From assembly GCA_965215015.1 (NCBI GenBank), contig OZ244042.1, forward strand, positions 4,288,001-4,352,000: DNA of 64,000 bases, read 5' to 3'. Positions within the stretch are counted from its first letter, which is position 1; each line of letters starts with the position of its first letter. This document shows, piece by piece, positions 59,858 through 64,000 of this stretch. A program made the translations under genes and the position numbers. The notes under the pieces are model-generated. The model did no database searches. It was not told where the DNA came from and was given only the letters and a program-made list of their open reading frames with translations. Source of the DNA: Candidatus Poribacteria bacterium. Lineage in GTDB: Bacteria; Poribacteria; WGA-4E; PCPOR2b.

Positions 59858-60715
59858 CTATTTCCTCAAAAATCGGCGTTTTGTGCCTTCCCTCAAAAAT
59901 CGATCAAACTCAAACTTACTGTCGCTGATATCAATGTTGATCTCAGGTTTCACGATTTTCATTACGACTTGTGTTTTTTCGATAGGGCGCCTAATCTCGA
60001 TTTTATGCGGTCGGAGGATACCACCAACCTCCCGATAGTCTGAGAACTTTGCCTCTTGAACGGTTGTCCCACTCTTATCACGGATCTCCCAATCACTGAC
60101 TCGTGGCTCCGAATCGCGCACAAAGATTGTGATCCGTTCAATCTGCCCTGCTGCAGTACCGGAGCGCATTACCACGTACTTTGCGCCGGAATGTGCTAGG
60201 GATAACTGGTGGGTTTGCCCATCGAGGAAGGGGTTGGCGAAAATTGCACTACGGACGTCAGACACCCGCAAATCTACCCCAAAAATTTCTTGGAGCACCT
60301 GATCTTCCAACGGCTCAAAGATAACCTCCTCTTCATTGACAAAATAGAGCAAAAACTGGTTTCGCGCCGCGATAGCAACCACTCGCGGTTCATTCAGAGG
60401 CCCCATCGCTTGAATGTGTAGAAGATCGCCGTCTGTCTCGGATTTCTTGTACCAGAGGGATTCTCGGACTTCCTCCTTTTTGCCTTCTTCCTCAATAGTT
60501 ACGATGAGCTGCAGTATCCTTAAGGTTGAAGTCAGGTCATAACTCAATTGGAGCTCTTCGAGAATTGGATTCAATTTTTCGGCGTCAGCGGGGGACAAGC
60601 GAAAATTAGCGGCGGGTCCTCCGCAGCCATTGAGACCGACAAACAGGGAGAGAACGATAAGCGAGAAGTGGAGTCTGAAACTCCGATAGATAGGGATTAA
60701 AACACTAGGTATCAT
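59858..60715 (-). CDS. Lipoprotein, probable LolA/LolB-like fold (DUF4292-like)
   Basis: Lipobox LNGC; C-terminal FSDYREVGGILRPHKIEI...IN..I.D..F. Start uncertain (60715 or 60793). Confidence 0.6.
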   Translation of the reverse strand: MIPSVLIPIYRSFRLHFSLIVLSLFVGLNGCGGPAANFRLSPADAEKLNPILEELQLSYDLTSTLRILQLIVTIEEEGKKEEVRESLWYKKSETDGDLLHIQAMGPLNEPRVVAIAARNQFLLYFVNEEEVIFEPLEDQVLQEIFGVDLRVSDVRSAIFANPFLDGQTHQLSLAHSGAKYVVMRSGTAAGQIERITIFVRDSEPRVSDWEIRDKSGTTVQEAKFSDYREVGGILRPHKIEIRRPIEKTQVVMKIVKPEINIDISDSKFEFDRFLREGTKRRFLRK

Positions 60716-60794
60716 GTGACGGAACCGGATTCTTGGACTCTCGAAACGGAACTGTGAAATGTGAAGCATAGAACGCAGATATGTAGGATTCATG

Positions 60795-62135
60795 TCAGTG
60801 CTTTTGTGTATCAATTCGTGAAATCTGCCACCCCTTTTTGGATTCAATTAATGCAAAAAATAGCTTGCCCGAGAGCGTTGAAGGTGAGCTGCCCGCCGCA
60901 GTTAAGACAATGACGTAATCCGCATCAACTGTTGCTGTTCCGGCTTCGCTTTGGGTACGCAATCTTTGCAGCGAAAAATCGATTTGCGTATATCTTTGGA
61001 ACAGCCCTGCCATTTTTTCTCGCAATTGTTCATAATTTTCACCATCTCTCGAATAATTGGGCGATATGGTTGCCATCAATGCGGACAGATCTCGGTTCGT
61101 GTAAGCGGACGCATACCCGTGGACAACGGCTTCGATGCCTCGCTGTGGGTTAGTATCCGTACCACGGTCAACCTGCAGCAATTCTTCGGAAGCAGATGCA
61201 GCGGAATCCGACGACATAGGTAAGGTAGATTCCGCTGCGAAGATCTCATCAAGCATTTGTTCGTTAGCTGCATCTTGGCTCGATGTCACCGATGCAACTT
61301 CGTCCCTTTTTTCAAACCCGTAAACTTCGATTTCGGTGAGGCGAATGGTCCCGCGCATATCGCGGATGCGGATGCGACTGAGCATTCCGCGGACATAGCC
61401 GGTGGTACGCCTTGTGTTGTAGGTCTCGGTGTCGTTTGTCAGCCGGATAAGCAAACGAATTCTTGGAGTCCGCACCGGCTTAAAACGCACAACAACCCGT
61501 CCCTGTTTGTTGTTGCGGATACTATTGTGTTGCTCTCCAATTTTTTTCCCAATCCGATCAACGCTCTTCCACCCTTTTGCATGTGGCGTCCAGTATTGCA
61601 CAGCAAAGTCGCTGACACCGTACTGGCTAGCGGGATACTTTTCTGAATCGACAGTGTGAACGATGACGCGCGTCACCAACTTTTCCTCCGCAAGGTTAAT
61701 AACAACCCACCCCAGTGCTGAAGAGGAGGTGCCATCTAACCCACCGCCGTAAAGGTTTCTACTGTTGTAATCCATCTGATTCGCATCCTCGCGCGGACGT
61801 GTTGCCCCGCCTCCCCTACTGAAGACCGCCAGCTGCTCACGTTCTCCAACCTCCATATATCCCCCATATTCATAGGAACCATCAAAACGCGCTTCCCATC
61901 CCTCGCCCTTATCCCAGCTTTCGGAGCTAACAACCCCGTTTGCTAAGGTTGAGGCGGGATGATCGGGGTTATCTTGAGAGACAAGAATCATCCCTCCATT
62001 TTCGGGGAGGGCATAGTTGACAAGCTGTTTGTCGATTTCACTTGCCTCAACAAAAGCTTGTTTGAGTGTTTGTTGGCAGCCACAGATTAGCATCAGGTAT
62101 GCAATGATGAAAGGTGCGATTACAAGTTTCTTCAT
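60795..62135 (-). CDS. Lipoprotein with a discoidin/F5-8C-like domain and a C-terminal NTF2/SnoaL-like domain
   Basis: Lipobox ICGC; WVVINL, F.PV.T..IRL.I and LTEIEVYG; tail Y..AY...DL..LM...S..Y...WQI. Confidence 0.75.
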   Translation of the reverse strand: MKKLVIAPFIIAYLMLICGCQQTLKQAFVEASEIDKQLVNYALPENGGMILVSQDNPDHPASTLANGVVSSESWDKGEGWEARFDGSYEYGGYMEVGEREQLAVFSRGGGATRPREDANQMDYNSRNLYGGGLDGTSSSALGWVVINLAEEKLVTRVIVHTVDSEKYPASQYGVSDFAVQYWTPHAKGWKSVDRIGKKIGEQHNSIRNNKQGRVVVRFKPVRTPRIRLLIRLTNDTETYNTRRTTGYVRGMLSRIRIRDMRGTIRLTEIEVYGFEKRDEVASVTSSQDAANEQMLDEIFAAESTLPMSSDSAASASEELLQVDRGTDTNPQRGIEAVVHGYASAYTNRDLSALMATISPNYSRDGENYEQLREKMAGLFQRYTQIDFSLQRLRTQSEAGTATVDADYVIVLTAAGSSPSTLSGKLFFALIESKKGWQISRIDTQKH

Positions 62136-62240
62136 AGACTCTTCACGGCGGAACCCTCAAATTGATTTATGGAGCTAAAGCCGCGCCTCCTGTTATGTAG
62201 CCATCTCTGTCGGTTGGAGAAATCAACCGATGTCGCTAGC

Positions 62241-62322
62241 AGTGGGCATACTCCGTATGCTATCCCCTTTCCCCTGCTTGCGGGGGATTACAGGGGGGAG
62301 GGCACGCGGAGCGTGCCGACTA
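62241..62322 (-). repeat. Free-standing copy of the module inside the 30080 element
   Basis: Reverse complement matches 30190-30269 (GCACGCTCCGCGTGC..CCCCCGCAAGCAGGGG..GCATACGGAGTATGCC). A partial copy lies at 57563-57600. Confidence 0.75.
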
Positions 62323-62374
62323 AATCTGTATAGACATATCCAAGCCATAGTTTGTGAATATGCGGTGAATTCGT

Positions 62375-63649
62375 CTAGAGCTTCTTAACTATATCTACCG
62401 TTTTGGCAACGATCAAATCTTCAATCCCTTTTGCAAAGGGGGCAGGACGCAAAAAGTAGAAATGTGAGCCATCTACCTCGTATCCGCCGAGGTCATACGT
62501 CTCCTTACTCGGTACGTAAGCGATTAAGCCGTTGCTGTAGGCAACCGTAATTGTTGTTGCAGGCTGAAGCGCACTTTTGATATGCAAGCCGATTTCTGTC
62601 AGCACCTCACCACCCAGGAAGACCGCTTGCATCTCTTCGCTGAATTGGACTACCTGAATCTCTTGCGGACAACTGCTGGGCAATCCGCCAGCCTCGGATA
62701 GCTTGAGCATTTCCGATGCCCAATGTCTGATGAGTGGATTGGTGTGGTTTTCTGCCTTATCACGAAACGTCGCTTCATCGGGCAGTTCGGCGTAGGGTAG
62801 GTGATGGAATTCGCTTGTGACGCACAACCCTTCGGCGTTCACTGGAGTTGCATCTTGTCGGGACTGTACCACCTCCTCCACAATCTGTCGGGAGGCGGAT
62901 TCCAGTTCTTCGAGGGACGGTGTATTGAATTTGTTGTTTTGACCCTTAAACCACGGACGGATATTTCCTGCACAACCTGTCGCAAAAAATGACGGGGCTT
63001 GGGTTTGTTCGCTCAATGCGCGGCACAGGAAACCGGGGTAATCCCCGCCAAGCATATATCCACCTCGACTTGTTGGATGGCAGCCGAAGATTGTCAGACT
63101 GCCGATTAATTCTCCACCCGCGTTGCTAAACCAGAGTGTGTCCAGATCTCGATCCATGGGGCCATCCGGATTTGGCGCGAACCGGACGCCGCCTTCACCA
63201 TCAGGCAGGCGGCGACTGACGCCAAATTCGGAACGTCCCCGCGAAAACGCCACCGCTCCGTCAGCCTGCTGGCTTTTCGCTGTAACTGCAACGTGAACAA
63301 GCTGGTTCAGCAGAAATTCTGCATACCCCTTCTCAACCTCACCCGGCATTGCCATCGAATAGAAAAAAGGGGCACAGTGCGTGTGTGTTGCTGTCAAAAC
63401 GACCTGACGCGGTAGTAATCCGGTTGATTCTGCAATCCGATTCTTTGCAGCCGCTGCATAGGCAAGATTGTATCCGATGAGGTCTGCTGTCAGGATCAAG
63501 ACCTCGTCTGTGTCGCCGGCGATAGAGATTGCCCCGGCGTTTAGCGACTGATAGACACCTTCGGATCTGTGGTCCCGGTTCCCGTAGCCTGTCATCCAAA
63601 CGGGGTACTGTGGGGTTATATCGATGCTCGCAATACCGATTTTTGTCAT
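62375..63649 (-). CDS. Neutral/alkaline ceramidase-like family protein
   Basis: DITP...M.GY..R, ATHTHCAP, CHPT, DYPG and GGYE. Confidence 0.82.
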   Translation of the reverse strand: MTKIGIASIDITPQYPVWMTGYGNRDHRSEGVYQSLNAGAISIAGDTDEVLILTADLIGYNLAYAAAAKNRIAESTGLLPRQVVLTATHTHCAPFFYSMAMPGEVEKGYAEFLLNQLVHVAVTAKSQQADGAVAFSRGRSEFGVSRRLPDGEGGVRFAPNPDGPMDRDLDTLWFSNAGGELIGSLTIFGCHPTSRGGYMLGGDYPGFLCRALSEQTQAPSFFATGCAGNIRPWFKGQNNKFNTPSLEELESASRQIVEEVVQSRQDATPVNAEGLCVTSEFHHLPYAELPDEATFRDKAENHTNPLIRHWASEMLKLSEAGGLPSSCPQEIQVVQFSEEMQAVFLGGEVLTEIGLHIKSALQPATTITVAYSNGLIAYVPSKETYDLGGYEVDGSHFYFLRPAPFAKGIEDLIVAKTVDIVKKL

Positions 63650-63759
63650 GAATTTCCTCCCCTGTCAGAGATGCTGTAATTCTTCATCTATATCAATCGC
63701 TGCTGGGAAATACTTGGACCAACTTCCCCGTAATGAGATCGCAGATGTTTTCGCTTCTT

Positions 63760-63884
63760 TAGGAGTTACACACTTGAGTTTGTAATAGCGCAATTCAACC
63801 CACCTCTTTAGGGTAGTATGCACACGCCGTATGCTGTCCCCCTTCCCCTTACGAGGGTCTGAGCGTCCAACTGCGTAAGTCCTA
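63760..63884 (-). mobile_element. Miniature element, family A, short form
   Basis: Ends TAGGAGTTACACACTTGAG and CAACTGCGTAAGTCCTA; flanks TTCTT/TCCTT. Confidence 0.8.
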
Positions 63885-64000
63885 TCCTTTTTGAAATCAT
63901 CGGTTTTTTTATTTTACCACAATTGAGCATATCGGACAAGTACGAAGCGGTTATGGGCAGGGCAATCGCATGTAAATATTGTGTAGAACTTTGGTATACG

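Noticed and set aside
63665-63757. Antitoxin-like fragment SLRGSWSKYF..DIDEEL on the minus strand
   Set aside because: Too short, and no start could be reconstructed across the element.

Overview
Chromosomal segment of a Gram-negative bacterium. The gene families (phytanoyl-CoA-dioxygenase-like, sulfatase-like, many xylose-isomerase-like TIM barrels, WD40 with an NYPNPFN-type C-terminal tail, DUF6785-like) and the repeat-rich spacers suggest Candidatus Poribacteria; this is an inference. About 50 CDS are present: UDP-GlcNAc genes (phosphohexomutase end, yvcK/glmR, glmS), pyrK-phhB-pyrD-pyrB, catabolic enzymes, idi, pncB, folB, a KamA radical SAM, argD, rsgA and an ispE-tRNA(Gln)-rplY-pth cluster, plus four decayed genes. 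Two things stand out. (1) A four-gene envelope operon with a near-consensus sigma-54 promoter and tandem upstream repeats: TonB receptor, DUF2231-like membrane protein, c-type cytochrome lipoprotein and a second lipoprotein. The two lipoproteins share a near-identical Asp/His-rich module, and the operon is divergent from a 1382-aa beta-propeller lipoprotein. (2) A modular non-coding repeat system: several families of miniature elements with asymmetric inverted ends and apparent target duplications, carrying interchangeable GTAG-anchored REP-like hairpins. No transposase, CRISPR array or rRNA was seen. All assignments come from reading motifs by eye; no searches were run.
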